A DNA stretch of 32,000 nucleotides from an archaeon GW2011_AR10. GTDB taxonomy: Archaea > Iainarchaeota > Iainarchaeia > Iainarchaeales > GW2011-AR10. The stretch spans positions 30,001 to 62,000 of the forward strand of contig CP010424.1 of assembly GCA_000830275.1 (NCBI GenBank), written 5' to 3'. The notes under the pieces are model-generated. The model was not told the DNA's origin. It ran no database searches and was given only the letters and a program-made list of their open reading frames with translations. Positions 6,003 to 14,140 of the stretch are shown here, piece after piece (the stretch's first letter is position 1; each line of letters starts with the position of its first letter). The translations under genes were made by a program, and so were the position numbers.

Positions 6003-7778
6003 ATGCAGAGGACTCATTCTTGTGGCGAGCTAACCGAGAAGCATGCCGGAAAAGAAGTGGTTTTGAGTGGCTGGGTTAGCAACAGAAGAGACCACGGAGG
6101 CTTAACCTTTGTTGACTTGAGGGACCGTTATGGCATAACCCAAGTAATATTTAACCCTAAAACCAGCAGAAGCGTGCAGGAAAAAGCAAAGGAATTAAGA
6201 GACGAGTTTGTTGTTGCTGTCAGTGGAAATGTTGTGAAGAGGCCAAAGGGCACTGAAAACAAGGAGCTTTCAACTGGGGCAATTGAGGTGCAGGCAAAGG
6301 AACTCGAAATAGTGAGCCGCTGCGAGCCGCTGCCATTGGAGGTAAGCGGAAAAACATTGGCTAATGAGGATGTGAGGCTAAAGTACAGGTTCCTGGATTT
6401 GCGCAGGCCGGAAATGCAGCAAAACATTGTTTTAAGGCACAGGCTCGGAAAAGTTGTGAGAGAGTACTTTTATTCAAGGGGCTTCCTTGAAATTGAAACG
6501 CCTTTTCTTTCAAAGTCAACTCCGGAGGGAGCAAGGGACTACCTTGTTCCAAGCAGAGTCCATCCGGGAAAATTTTTTGCTCTTCCGCAGAGCCCGCAGC
6601 TGTTCAAGCAGCTGCTAATGGTCAGCGGCTTTGACAAGTATTTCCAGATAGTGAAATGCTTTAGGGACGAGGATTTGAGGGCAGACAGGCAGCCGGAGTT
6701 CACGCAGATTGATGTTGAAATGAGTTTTGTAAGCGAAGAAAACATTTTTGAAATTGTTGAGGGGCTGTTTAAAGACATATTCAAGGAAATCAAGGGAATA
6801 AACCTGAAGACTCCTTTTCCAAGAATCAGCTATGAGGAGTCGATGGAGCGCTTTGGCGTTGATAATCCTGACATGCGCTTTGGGCTGGAACTGGTGGAAG
6901 TAACCGAAGCAATCAAGGGCTCAGGCTTCAAGGCATTCAGTCAAGAAATCGAATACAATGGAATAGTTAAGGCGCTTAACGCTGAAAAATGCGGCGGATT
7001 TTCAAAGAAAGAGCTAGATGAATTGATTGAGCTGGCGCAGGTGCACCGGGCGAAAGGCCTTGTATGGTTTAAGGTTGCAAGTGGCGGCTTGGAGGGCCCG
7101 GTTGCAAAGTTTTTCAACGAGAAAATTTTGAAGGAACTTGCAAGTAAAACAAAAGCAAAGGAAAATGATTTGCTTCTGCTTGTTGCAGGAAAAGAGGAAG
7201 TAGTTAATGCAGCGCTGGGGAGCATTAGGAGGGAGTTGGGGAAAAAACTTGGCTTGATTGACGATAAGAAGATTTCTTTTGTGTGGATAGTTGATTTTCC
7301 GCTGCTGGAGTTTGACGAGGAAGAAGACAGGTGGCAGGCAAAGCACCATCCTTTCACTTCTCCGCAGGAAAAAGATTTGCCATTACTTGAAAAGGAGCCA
7401 GGCAAAGTCAAGGCAAGGGCATATGACGTTGTGCTTAACGGTGTCGAGCTTGGCGGGGGAAGCATCAGGATTCATAGGGGGGAAGTGCAGGAGAAAATGT
7501 TCGCTGCTCTTGGCATTTCAAAGCAGGAGGCAGAAGCAAAGTTCGGGTTTTTGCTGGATGCATTCAAGTATGGTGCACCGCCTCATGGGGGAATTGCTTT
7601 CGGCTTTGACAGAATTGCAGCAATGCTTGCAGGCACTGAAAGCATCAGGGAAGTAATAGCGTTCCCGAAAAACAAGGCGGCAGTTTCGCTGATGGACAGT
7701 GCTCCAAGCCCAGTAAGCGAGAGACAGTTAAAGGAGCTGAAGCTGAAGCTTGACCTTGAAAAGAAAGGAAAGAAATAG
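6003..7778 (+). CDS. aspS: Aspartyl-tRNA synthetase, bacterial type (with GAD insertion domain)
   Basis: ATG 6003 gives MQRTHSCGEL, preceded by GGTGA at 5991-5995. Class II motifs are present: FFALPQSPQLFKQLLMVSGFDKYFQIVKCFRDEDLRADRQPEFTQIDVEMSF and GGGSIRIH. At 591 aa it carries the ~130-aa insertion (SYEESMERFGVDNPDMRFGLELVEV...) typical of bacterial rather than archaeal AspRS. Confidence 0.92.
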   Translation: MQRTHSCGELTEKHAGKEVVLSGWVSNRRDHGGLTFVDLRDRYGITQVIFNPKTSRSVQEKAKELRDEFVVAVSGNVVKRPKGTENKELSTGAIEVQAKELEIVSRCEPLPLEVSGKTLANEDVRLKYRFLDLRRPEMQQNIVLRHRLGKVVREYFYSRGFLEIETPFLSKSTPEGARDYLVPSRVHPGKFFALPQSPQLFKQLLMVSGFDKYFQIVKCFRDEDLRADRQPEFTQIDVEMSFVSEENIFEIVEGLFKDIFKEIKGINLKTPFPRISYEESMERFGVDNPDMRFGLELVEVTEAIKGSGFKAFSQEIEYNGIVKALNAEKCGGFSKKELDELIELAQVHRAKGLVWFKVASGGLEGPVAKFFNEKILKELASKTKAKENDLLLLVAGKEEVVNAALGSIRRELGKKLGLIDDKKISFVWIVDFPLLEFDEEEDRWQAKHHPFTSPQEKDLPLLEKEPGKVKARAYDVVLNGVELGGGSIRIHRGEVQEKMFAALGISKQEAEAKFGFLLDAFKYGAPPHGGIAFGFDRIAAMLAGTESIREVIAFPKNKAAVSLMDSAPSPVSERQLKELKLKLDLEKKGKK

Positions 7779-7809
7779 TTTTTGCTTTTTTCATTAGTTT
7801 AGGCGGTGC

Positions 7810-8112
7810 ATGTTTTTGGCTAATGCAAGGGTTAATGCTGAAACACTGAAAAGGGTTGCAAGGAACGCTAGGCTTAACCTTTCAGATGATGAGGTGAGGG
7901 AGTTCTTGCCTCAACTCAACGAGGTTCTTGAAAAGTTTTCAGTGCTCGGCAAAATGAAGGTTGAAAAAGTGAAGCCTTCCTTTCAGCCGGTTGAGTTAAG
8001 CAATGTGCTGCGGGAAGACAATGCGTTGGAGTGCTTGACGCAGGAAGAAGCGCTTTCAAACACCAAGCACAAAAAGTACGGCTACTTCAGGGGGCCGAAG
8101 ATTATTCAATAG
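7810..8112 (+). CDS. gatC: Glu/Asp-tRNA amidotransferase subunit C
   Basis: 100 aa. Sequence VARNARLNLSDDEVREFLPQLNEVLEKFSVL...SFQPV...LREDN is GatC-like. GGCGGTG lies at 7802-7808 before the ATG. It sits immediately upstream of gatA. Confidence 0.85.
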   Translation: MFLANARVNAETLKRVARNARLNLSDDEVREFLPQLNEVLEKFSVLGKMKVEKVKPSFQPVELSNVLREDNALECLTQEEALSNTKHKKYGYFRGPKIIQ

Positions 8113-8128
8113 CTTAGGAGTAGGTTGA

Positions 8129-9550
8129 GTGGACGCATTCCGGTTCGCGAAAGAATCGCAGGGAAAAGGTTTTTCAGTTGAACATCACACAGCGAAAGTG
8201 CTGGAAAAATCGGAAAAGCTTAACAAAAGATTTCATCACCTTAAGCTGATTTCATCTGATTATGCTGTTAAGCGCTCCAAAGAACTTGACAGGCAGGGAA
8301 AACGTTCTGGACGGCTTTTTGGCTTGCCGGTTTCAGTGAAGGACTGCCTTTGCATTAAGGGCATTGAGTCAACTGCCGGCTCAAAAATTCTCTCAGGCTA
8401 TCTGCCGGTTTCAACTGCAACAGCTGTTAAAAAGCTGGAGGAAGAAGGCGCAGTTGTGATTGCAAAAACCGCGCAGGACGAGTTTGGTTTCGGAACTTTT
8501 TCCACTAACATTCTGGAGCAGAAAATTCCGCTTAACCCGTTTGACTTGGAGAGGAGCTGTGGTGGAAGCAGCGGTGGCTCAGCCGGATTCACTGCTGTTG
8601 CTGATTTCCCGCATGTTTCGGTTGGGGAAAGCACTGGTGGCAGCATTGCGTGCCCTGCATCTTTCTGCGGTGTTGTCGGCTTAACCCCGAGCTATGGAAG
8701 GGTTTCAAGGCATGGCCTGATTGATTACGCCAACTCTCTTGACAAAATAGGCGCAATTGCTAAAACAGTGAGAGAGGCAGCACTGCTTCTGGAGCTTATG
8801 TCAGGAAAAGACGAAAAGGATTCAACTTCGCTTCCAGCAGAAGCTGAAAAGCTTTCCGAGCTCAATGGCACTGATGCAAAAAAATTGCGAGTAGGCGTAG
8901 TGAAAGAGTTTTTTGGTGCAGGAATCAGCAGTGGAGTAAGCAAGGTTGCATGGAACGCAATTAAGCAGCTTGAATCAGAGGGCGCAAGAGTGGAGGAAGT
9001 TTCACTTCCTTTGAATGCGAAGTTCGGCATAGCAGCATACTATCTTATTGCGTTAAGCGAGGCCTCAACAAATCTTGCCCGTTACTGCGGAATGCGTTAT
9101 GGGGTGCATGAAAAGCTTGAGGGAAACTTTGACGAGTACTTTTCAATGGTGCGCAGCAAAAATTTTTCGAAGGAATCCAAGAGAAGAATCATTCTTGGCA
9201 CTTTTGCCAGGATGGCTGGCTTCAGGGGTGCTTATTATGTTAGGGCAATGAAGGCCCGCACAAAACTTGTTGAGGAATTCAGGAAGGCCTTTAAGAGTTT
9301 CACGGTTCTTGCCCACCCAACAATGCCGTTGGTTGCACCTAAATTCAGTGAAATTGAGAAGCTTAGCCCCTTACAGCAGTACTCAATGGATTTGTGCACT
9401 GTGCCTGCAAATTTGGCTGGTTTGCCTCACATTTCAGTCAATGCAGGGAAAAGCAGCGGAATGCCGGTTGGCCTGATGTTTTCAGCTGACCACTTGCATG
9501 AAAAAAATGTGGTTTCAGCTGCAGCTGCTCTCGAGGCGGTGGTTGCTTGA
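8129..9550 (+). CDS. gatA: Glu/Asp-tRNA amidotransferase subunit A (amidase signature family)
   Basis: GTG start with AGGAG at 8116-8120. Amidase signature GGSSGGSAGF, plus GLPVSVKD and GESTGGSIACPASFCGVVGLTPSYGRVSRHGLI. Confidence 0.92.
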   Translation: MDAFRFAKESQGKGFSVEHHTAKVLEKSEKLNKRFHHLKLISSDYAVKRSKELDRQGKRSGRLFGLPVSVKDCLCIKGIESTAGSKILSGYLPVSTATAVKKLEEEGAVVIAKTAQDEFGFGTFSTNILEQKIPLNPFDLERSCGGSSGGSAGFTAVADFPHVSVGESTGGSIACPASFCGVVGLTPSYGRVSRHGLIDYANSLDKIGAIAKTVREAALLLELMSGKDEKDSTSLPAEAEKLSELNGTDAKKLRVGVVKEFFGAGISSGVSKVAWNAIKQLESEGARVEEVSLPLNAKFGIAAYYLIALSEASTNLARYCGMRYGVHEKLEGNFDEYFSMVRSKNFSKESKRRIILGTFARMAGFRGAYYVRAMKARTKLVEEFRKAFKSFTVLAHPTMPLVAPKFSEIEKLSPLQQYSMDLCTVPANLAGLPHISVNAGKSSGMPVGLMFSADHLHEKNVVSAAAALEAVVA

Positions 9551-10323
9551 GGAAGGAAACAAGGGCTGCGATTAAAGCTGCAGGCGAAGCCGGAAAAATA
9601 ATAATGAAGCACTTCAAGAGAAAGCCTTCCTTCATGCATAAGTCAAGCGCCGTAGACCTTGTCACAGAGGCTGACTTGGAAGCTGAGAAGAAAGTAAAGT
9701 CAATTTTGGGAAAGGCTTTCCCTGATTTTGGGTTTTTGGGAGAGGAATCCGGGGCAGAGGAAGGTTCCAATGGCAGGTATTGGGTTGTTGACCCCGTAGA
9801 TGGAACAAACAATTTTGCTCACCGGTTCCCTTTCTTCTGCGTTTCAATTGCTTTGGTGGAGGAAAAAAAAGTAGGGCTTGGAGTCATATTCGATCCTGCT
9901 GCAAAAGAGCTGTTTGTTGCAGAGAAAGGAAAAGGCGCTTTCCTCAACGGGAACAGAATAAGGGTTTCAAGCACCTCCAGATTGATTGATTCGCTTGTTG
10001 TTACTGGTTTTCCATACAATGAAAGAAAATTAATTGATAAGACAATCAAATCAATTAGCAATCTTGTTGGAAAAACCCACGGCGTGCGGAGGATGGGTTC
10101 TGCTGCGCTTGACCTCTGCTATGTTGCAAGCGGAAGATCAGATGCTTTCTTCGAGTATGAGTTGAAGCCGTGGGATGTTGCTGCAGGGCTAATTATTTTG
10201 GGTGAAGCCGGGGGCAAGCTTACGACAATCAACAACGAAAAAGCAGATTTGTTCAGCGTTAACTTCATCGCGTCAAACGGAAAAATTCACAGGGAACTAT
10301 TCGAAAAACTGGTGAGGCTATGA
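9547..10323 (+). CDS. Inositol monophosphatase family protein (IMPase/FBPase-type)
   Basis: FLGEESG, WVVDPVDGTNNF, RRMGSAALDLCYVASG and WDVAAG. The TTG start at 9547 overlaps the gatA stop (9548-9550). Its stop (10321-10323) overlaps the gatB ATG (10320). The conserved N-terminal helix AAIKAAGEAGKII argues against the later ATG at 9604. Confidence 0.85.
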   Translation: MRKETRAAIKAAGEAGKIIMKHFKRKPSFMHKSSAVDLVTEADLEAEKKVKSILGKAFPDFGFLGEESGAEEGSNGRYWVVDPVDGTNNFAHRFPFFCVSIALVEEKKVGLGVIFDPAAKELFVAEKGKGAFLNGNRIRVSSTSRLIDSLVVTGFPYNERKLIDKTIKSISNLVGKTHGVRRMGSAALDLCYVASGRSDAFFEYELKPWDVAAGLIILGEAGGKLTTINNEKADLFSVNFIASNGKIHRELFEKLVRL

Positions 10324-11741
10324 TGGCATTGCAGGAAAGCAGTTCAGGTTTCAGGGCTGGGTTCGAGCTTCACGTTTCCTTGAACACGGAGAGCAAGCTT
10401 TTCTGTGGCTGCAGTGTCGCGGAAAAAACCGCTGCCCCAAACTCTTCTTGCTGCGAGATTTGCCTTGGTTTTCCAGGAAGCAAGCCCCTTGCCAACAGGA
10501 AGGCTATTGAGTACGCGTTGAAACTCGCACTCGCCCTTAACTGCAAAATAGCTCCTGAAATGCGTTTCTCCAGAAAGGTTTACAGCTACCCTGACCTTGC
10601 AAAAAACTTCCAGATATCTCAGTTTGAGGTGCCGTTAGGAGAGAATGGCTTTGTTTTGCTTGACTCAGCCAAAAAAATTCGCATCAAGAGGGTTCACTTG
10701 GAGGAGGACCCTGCGGCAATAGTGCATGAGGGCAGCGTTGCTTCAGCTTCATCTTGCCTTGTTGACTACAATCGTTCTGGAGTGCCTTTAGTGGAAATTG
10801 TGACTGAACCAGACATTTCTTCTGCTGGGGAGGCAAGAGAATTTTTTTCAAAAATTAGGTCAATTATTTTTTACCTTGACATTTTTGATGAAAGGAAATC
10901 AGTAATAAAAGCTGACACCAATATTTCGGTTGATGGCGGGAACAGGGTTGAAGTGAAAAATGTGACCGGCATCAAAAACATTGAGAAGGTGCTTGGCTTT
11001 GAGGTTGAAAGGCAGAAAACTGCGGTTAAAGCAGGAACTGGAGTGAAAAGGGAAACAAGGGGCTTTGATGAAGTAACCTCTTCAACCTTTTCTTTAAGGG
11101 AAAAGGAAACAGAAGATGACTATGGCTACATCATTGAACCAGACTTAACCAAAATAGTTCTTGAAAAGAAATTGGTAAAAGAAGTCAGGGATTCCCTTCC
11201 TGAACTGCCAGAGGAAAAAGTGAAGAGGCTCAAAAAGGAATTCAAGCTAAGCGAGTACAATGCAAGGGTTATGGCGTCAGACCCTGAGCTTGGCAAACTA
11301 TTTGAGTCAGCTGCAAAAGAAGTCGGAGCAGAGCTTGCGGCAAAGTTCCTCAGCAGAGAGCTTTTAGGAATACTCAACTACAATGACCTTTCGCTGAGAG
11401 AGTTAAGCCTTTCCTCCAAGGAAATAATTTCGCTGCTTAAGCTGCTGGAACAGGAAAAGGTTTCAGAAAAGAATGCCAAGGAAGCAACGATAAAATATGT
11501 TTTGGAAGGCGTTCCCCCACTCAAATTCCTCAAAGGAGAACAGCTTTTGTCGGATGTGCCTGATGACACATTAATTAAAACTGTTGAAAAGGTCATGAAA
11601 GAAAACCCTAAGGCAATAAGTGATTTGCGGAAAGGCGAGAAAAAGGCAATGAATTTCTTGGTGGGAATTGCAATGCGTGAAATGAAGGGAAAAGCCGAGG
11701 CAAGGAAAGTCCAAGAAATAATCAAGGAAAAACTAAAGTGA
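10320..11741 (+). CDS. gatB: Glu/Asp-tRNA amidotransferase subunit B
   Basis: GFELHVSLNTESKLFCGCS, CEICLGFPGSKP, VHLEEDPAAIVHE, DYNRSGVPLVEIVTEPD and a C-terminal YqeY-like tail. GGTGAGG lies at 10311-10317 before the ATG. Confidence 0.92.
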   Translation: MMALQESSSGFRAGFELHVSLNTESKLFCGCSVAEKTAAPNSSCCEICLGFPGSKPLANRKAIEYALKLALALNCKIAPEMRFSRKVYSYPDLAKNFQISQFEVPLGENGFVLLDSAKKIRIKRVHLEEDPAAIVHEGSVASASSCLVDYNRSGVPLVEIVTEPDISSAGEAREFFSKIRSIIFYLDIFDERKSVIKADTNISVDGGNRVEVKNVTGIKNIEKVLGFEVERQKTAVKAGTGVKRETRGFDEVTSSTFSLREKETEDDYGYIIEPDLTKIVLEKKLVKEVRDSLPELPEEKVKRLKKEFKLSEYNARVMASDPELGKLFESAAKEVGAELAAKFLSRELLGILNYNDLSLRELSLSSKEIISLLKLLEQEKVSEKNAKEATIKYVLEGVPPLKFLKGEQLLSDVPDDTLIKTVEKVMKENPKAISDLRKGEKKAMNFLVGIAMREMKGKAEARKVQEIIKEKLK

Positions 11742-11745
11742 TTGA

Positions 11746-12204
11746 ATGAAAGCGCAGGAACCATTTGCTCTCACCGCGCTGATTGCATTGATTGGTGTTT
11801 CAGGCTGCGTGCAGCAAACAGAGCCAATAAACGAACTGGGGTTAATTTCGTATGCGGTTGACGGAGACACAATCAGGCTTTCCGATGGAGAATATGTCAG
11901 GCTCATAGGCATTAATTCAACTGAAAGCGGGGAAAAATGCTTTGAGGAAGCAAAAAAGCACCTTGCTTCATTGGTCAATAACAGGCTTGCCTCCATGCAA
12001 TCAGATGAAGAGAACCGGGACAAGTACGGAAGGCTCCTTCGCTATGTTTTTGTTGACGATAACTTTGTAAACCTTGAATTGGTGGAAAGCGGCAATGCTT
12101 TTGCTTTCAGGTTTGAGCCAAACACTCTGTATTCCGGCGAGTTTGCTTTAGCGGAAGAACAGGCTAGAGCTGCAGGCAAAGGCTGTTTGTGGAGCAAAAG
12201 TTAA
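11746..12204 (+). CDS. Secreted staphylococcal-nuclease-like (SNase/thermonuclease) lipoprotein
   Basis: Signal peptide with a lipobox-like ALIGVSGC. SNase core VDGDTIRLSDGEYVRLIGINSTE...DKYGRLLRYVFVDDNFVNLELVESGNAF. The start is 4 nt after the gatB stop. Confidence 0.8.
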   Translation: MKAQEPFALTALIALIGVSGCVQQTEPINELGLISYAVDGDTIRLSDGEYVRLIGINSTESGEKCFEEAKKHLASLVNNRLASMQSDEENRDKYGRLLRYVFVDDNFVNLELVESGNAFAFRFEPNTLYSGEFALAEEQARAAGKGCLWSKS

Positions 12205-12255
12205 GCTGCCTTAAAGAAAACGTTCGATGGGCAGCAGTAAAAAATGCTTTTTTTT
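12205..12255 (+). terminator. Hairpin plus T8 run after the nuclease gene
   Basis: gctgcc (12205-12210) pairs with ggcagc (12230-12235). A T8 run lies at 12248-12255. Oligo-T tracts are the usual archaeal termination signal. Confidence 0.4.
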
Positions 12256-12396
12256 AGTGAAATACTCGTTTTTATGGCCTGAATGCCCTAATTCGTTCGA
12301 ACAGTGTACTACTTTTTGGGTTTTGTACCAAAATCCCTTTATAAAGCGGAAAAGAAGAGTATTATAGTGCAATTTACCCCACGTGAATAGCGCAGA

Positions 12397-12455
12397 AGGC
12401 ATCAAGTGGTTTTACCCTTCATCACCTCACATTGATGCCTCTTTTTCTTTTTTTT
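12397..12455 (+). terminator. 9-bp hairpin followed by a long T tract (terminator, attenuator, or 3' end of a small RNA)
   Basis: aggcatcaa (12397-12405) pairs with ttgatgcct (12432-12440), followed by ctttttcttttttttt (T-rich, 12442-12455). A TATA-like ctttataaa lies at 12337-12345. The next CDS starts at 12498. Confidence 0.3.
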
Positions 12456-12497
12456 GGTTCAAAAAATTGTGTTAAGCAGGTATTTGGAGGAGTGTAA

Positions 12498-12806
12498 ATG
12501 GCAGATTACGCTTGGGATTCACTAAGGCCTTTAACCCAGTTTGCTTTGGATGCGGACCCATACATAAAAGTCCTTGTTTTCCTTTTATCATTAGCAATAT
12601 TTGTAATTTCTTTTTTAGCTTACAGAAAAACCAAGACACAAAAACTTCTGTTTGTTTCCTTTGCTTTCCTGTTTTTTGCCTTAAAGTGGCTTGTGAAAGT
12701 TTTGGACCTTTTTGTTTCCCCGGGAAGGTTTTTGTCTGACTCAAGCGAAAACGTTTTTGAGTTCTTGATTCTGGTTTCCTTGTTTATGGCTATATTCAAG
12801 AAGTGA
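12498..12806 (+). CDS. Small integral membrane protein (102 aa, about 3 helices)
   Basis: Strong SD GGAGGAGTG at 12486-12494. Hydrophobic helices VLVFLLSLAIFVISFLAY, LLFVSFAFLFFALKWLV and VFEFLILVSLFMAIF. It sits directly upstream of a wHTH regulator. Confidence 0.6.
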   Translation: MADYAWDSLRPLTQFALDADPYIKVLVFLLSLAIFVISFLAYRKTKTQKLLFVSFAFLFFALKWLVKVLDLFVSPGRFLSDSSENVFEFLILVSLFMAIFKK

Positions 12807-12815
12807 GAGGCAGTG

Positions 12816-13340
12816 ATGGATGAAATTGATGAAGCCCTCGAGCTTGAAGTCAGGAACAAAATATACGGCCTTTTGAAGGAGTCTCCTGGCTTGCATTTCA
12901 GGGAAATTCAGCGCAGGACAGGCATGGCAACAGGCAGCCTTCAATACCACTTGGATTACCTTCAAAGAAGGCATCTTGTGAAGCAGGTGAAGGACACCAA
13001 GTTCACCCGCTTTTACTTGATTAGGGAGGGCTTCGAAGAAGAGAAGGAAATGTCTTTGCTGAGGCAGGGCAGCTTAAGAAAAATAGTGCTTTTTTTGCTC
13101 ACGCACAAGAAAGGCAACAACAGGCAGATTTCAAAGGCAATTGGCCTCAGTCCAAGCACGACCTCTTGGCACTTGAACAGGCTGTTTTCCGAGGGGCTAG
13201 TCCAGAAAAAAAAGCGCGGAAGAAAAACATTTTTTTCGCTTGTTGACCCTGAGAGGGTAGCCAGGCTTTTGGTTGGATACAGGAAAAGCTTTCTGGATGA
13301 AATGGTTGACGGCTTCGCCGAAATCTGGAAAGAAATATGA
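12816..13340 (+). CDS. Double winged-helix (ArsR-like) transcriptional regulator
   Basis: Two HTH units: LHFREIQRRTGMATGSLQYHLDYLQRRHLV and NNRQISKAIGLSPSTTSWHLNRLFSEGLVQKK. ATG at 12816 (the track starts one codon earlier at GTG 12813). Confidence 0.65.
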   Translation: MDEIDEALELEVRNKIYGLLKESPGLHFREIQRRTGMATGSLQYHLDYLQRRHLVKQVKDTKFTRFYLIREGFEEEKEMSLLRQGSLRKIVLFLLTHKKGNNRQISKAIGLSPSTTSWHLNRLFSEGLVQKKKRGRKTFFSLVDPERVARLLVGYRKSFLDEMVDGFAEIWKEI

Positions 13341-13381
13341 AAATCCGTGCATCAACTTTTTCCAGCTGTCTTGGTTTGAGC

Positions 13382-13390
13382 TTTTTTTTT
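13382..13390 (+). terminator. T9 tract after the regulator gene
   Basis: An uninterrupted run of nine T lies 42 nt after the stop at 13338-13340, consistent with an archaeal oligo-T terminator. Confidence 0.35.
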
Positions 13391-13418
13391 AAACTGTTTG
13401 CAGGCACAGTTTTTGAGT

Positions 13419-14057
13419 ATGCCTGATGCTAAGGAAACAGCAGATAAAACCATTAAGCTGCTGAAGAAAGAATATCCTGCAGCAAAAATCCAGCTGCTCC
13501 ACAAAAACCCGTTGGAGTTAATGGTTGCAACAATTCTCTCAGCGCAGTGCACTGATAAAAGAGTCAACATTGTAACAAAGGAACTGTTCAAAAAATACCG
13601 GGCAATTGATGACTACGCTGATGCTGACAGGAAAGCGTTCGAGCAGGCCATTAGGTCAACTGGCTTTTACAGGAACAAGGCAAAAAACATAATCAGTGCT
13701 TGTAAGATTATAAGGGAGAGGCATAACGGAAAAGTGCCCCATTCTATGGAAGAACTAGTCCAGTTGCCCGGAATTGCAAGGAAAACAGCGAACATTATTC
13801 TCTCAGGTGCATTCGGGAGGCTGGATGGAATAGCAGTTGACACCCATGTTGCACGCCTAAGCCAGAGGCTAGGGTTAAGCAAAAACAAGGATCCAGTGAA
13901 AATAGAGCTAGACTTGATGCAAATAGTGCCAAAGAGGGAGTGGTGGAGCATTTCCACGCTGCTGATAAATCATGGAAGAGCAGTGTGCACTGCAAGAAAG
14001 CCTAAGTGCAACGACTGCATTTTGAGCGCTTCCTGTCCCTCAGCATTCAGGTTTTAA
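13419..14057 (+). CDS. nth: Endonuclease III (HhH-GPD DNA glycosylase/AP lyase with 4Fe-4S cluster)
   Basis: LELMVATILSAQCTDKRVN, LPGIARKTANIIL, VDTHVARL and the Cys cluster CTARKPKCNDCILSASC. ATG 13419 is preferred over the track TTG 13398. Confidence 0.9.
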   Translation: MPDAKETADKTIKLLKKEYPAAKIQLLHKNPLELMVATILSAQCTDKRVNIVTKELFKKYRAIDDYADADRKAFEQAIRSTGFYRNKAKNIISACKIIRERHNGKVPHSMEELVQLPGIARKTANIILSGAFGRLDGIAVDTHVARLSQRLGLSKNKDPVKIELDLMQIVPKREWWSISTLLINHGRAVCTARKPKCNDCILSASCPSAFRF

Positions 14058-14140
14058 CAAAGAGGATTGCATTGTTAAATTTTTTTTTGAATAGCATTGT
14101 TTTAAATATTTTTTTAATTAAAATATTTTTCAGTGAAAAA

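Noticed and set aside
6941-7465. Long antisense ORFs opposite real genes (for example 6941..7465, 11378..11764, 16717..17184, 18941..19444, 19457..20371, 1747..2103, 952..1368)
   Set aside because: All are Ser/Phe/Leu-rich low-complexity translations, as expected on the reverse strand of Glu/Lys-rich coding sequence. Each is fully contained in a gene with strong family motifs.
12211-12405. 64-aa minus-strand ORF in the nuclease / membrane-protein gap
   Set aside because: It has odd composition (W/H/F/Y-rich), no SD and no recognisable motif. It spans the plus-strand terminator and TATA-like elements, so it is most likely non-coding.
14006-14140. Upstream extension of the cupredoxin ORF overlapping the end of nth
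   Set aside because: The extension translates to Ile/Phe/Leu/Asn-rich sequence across an AT-rich promoter-like gap. The ATG at 14141 gives a proper signal peptide and lipobox.
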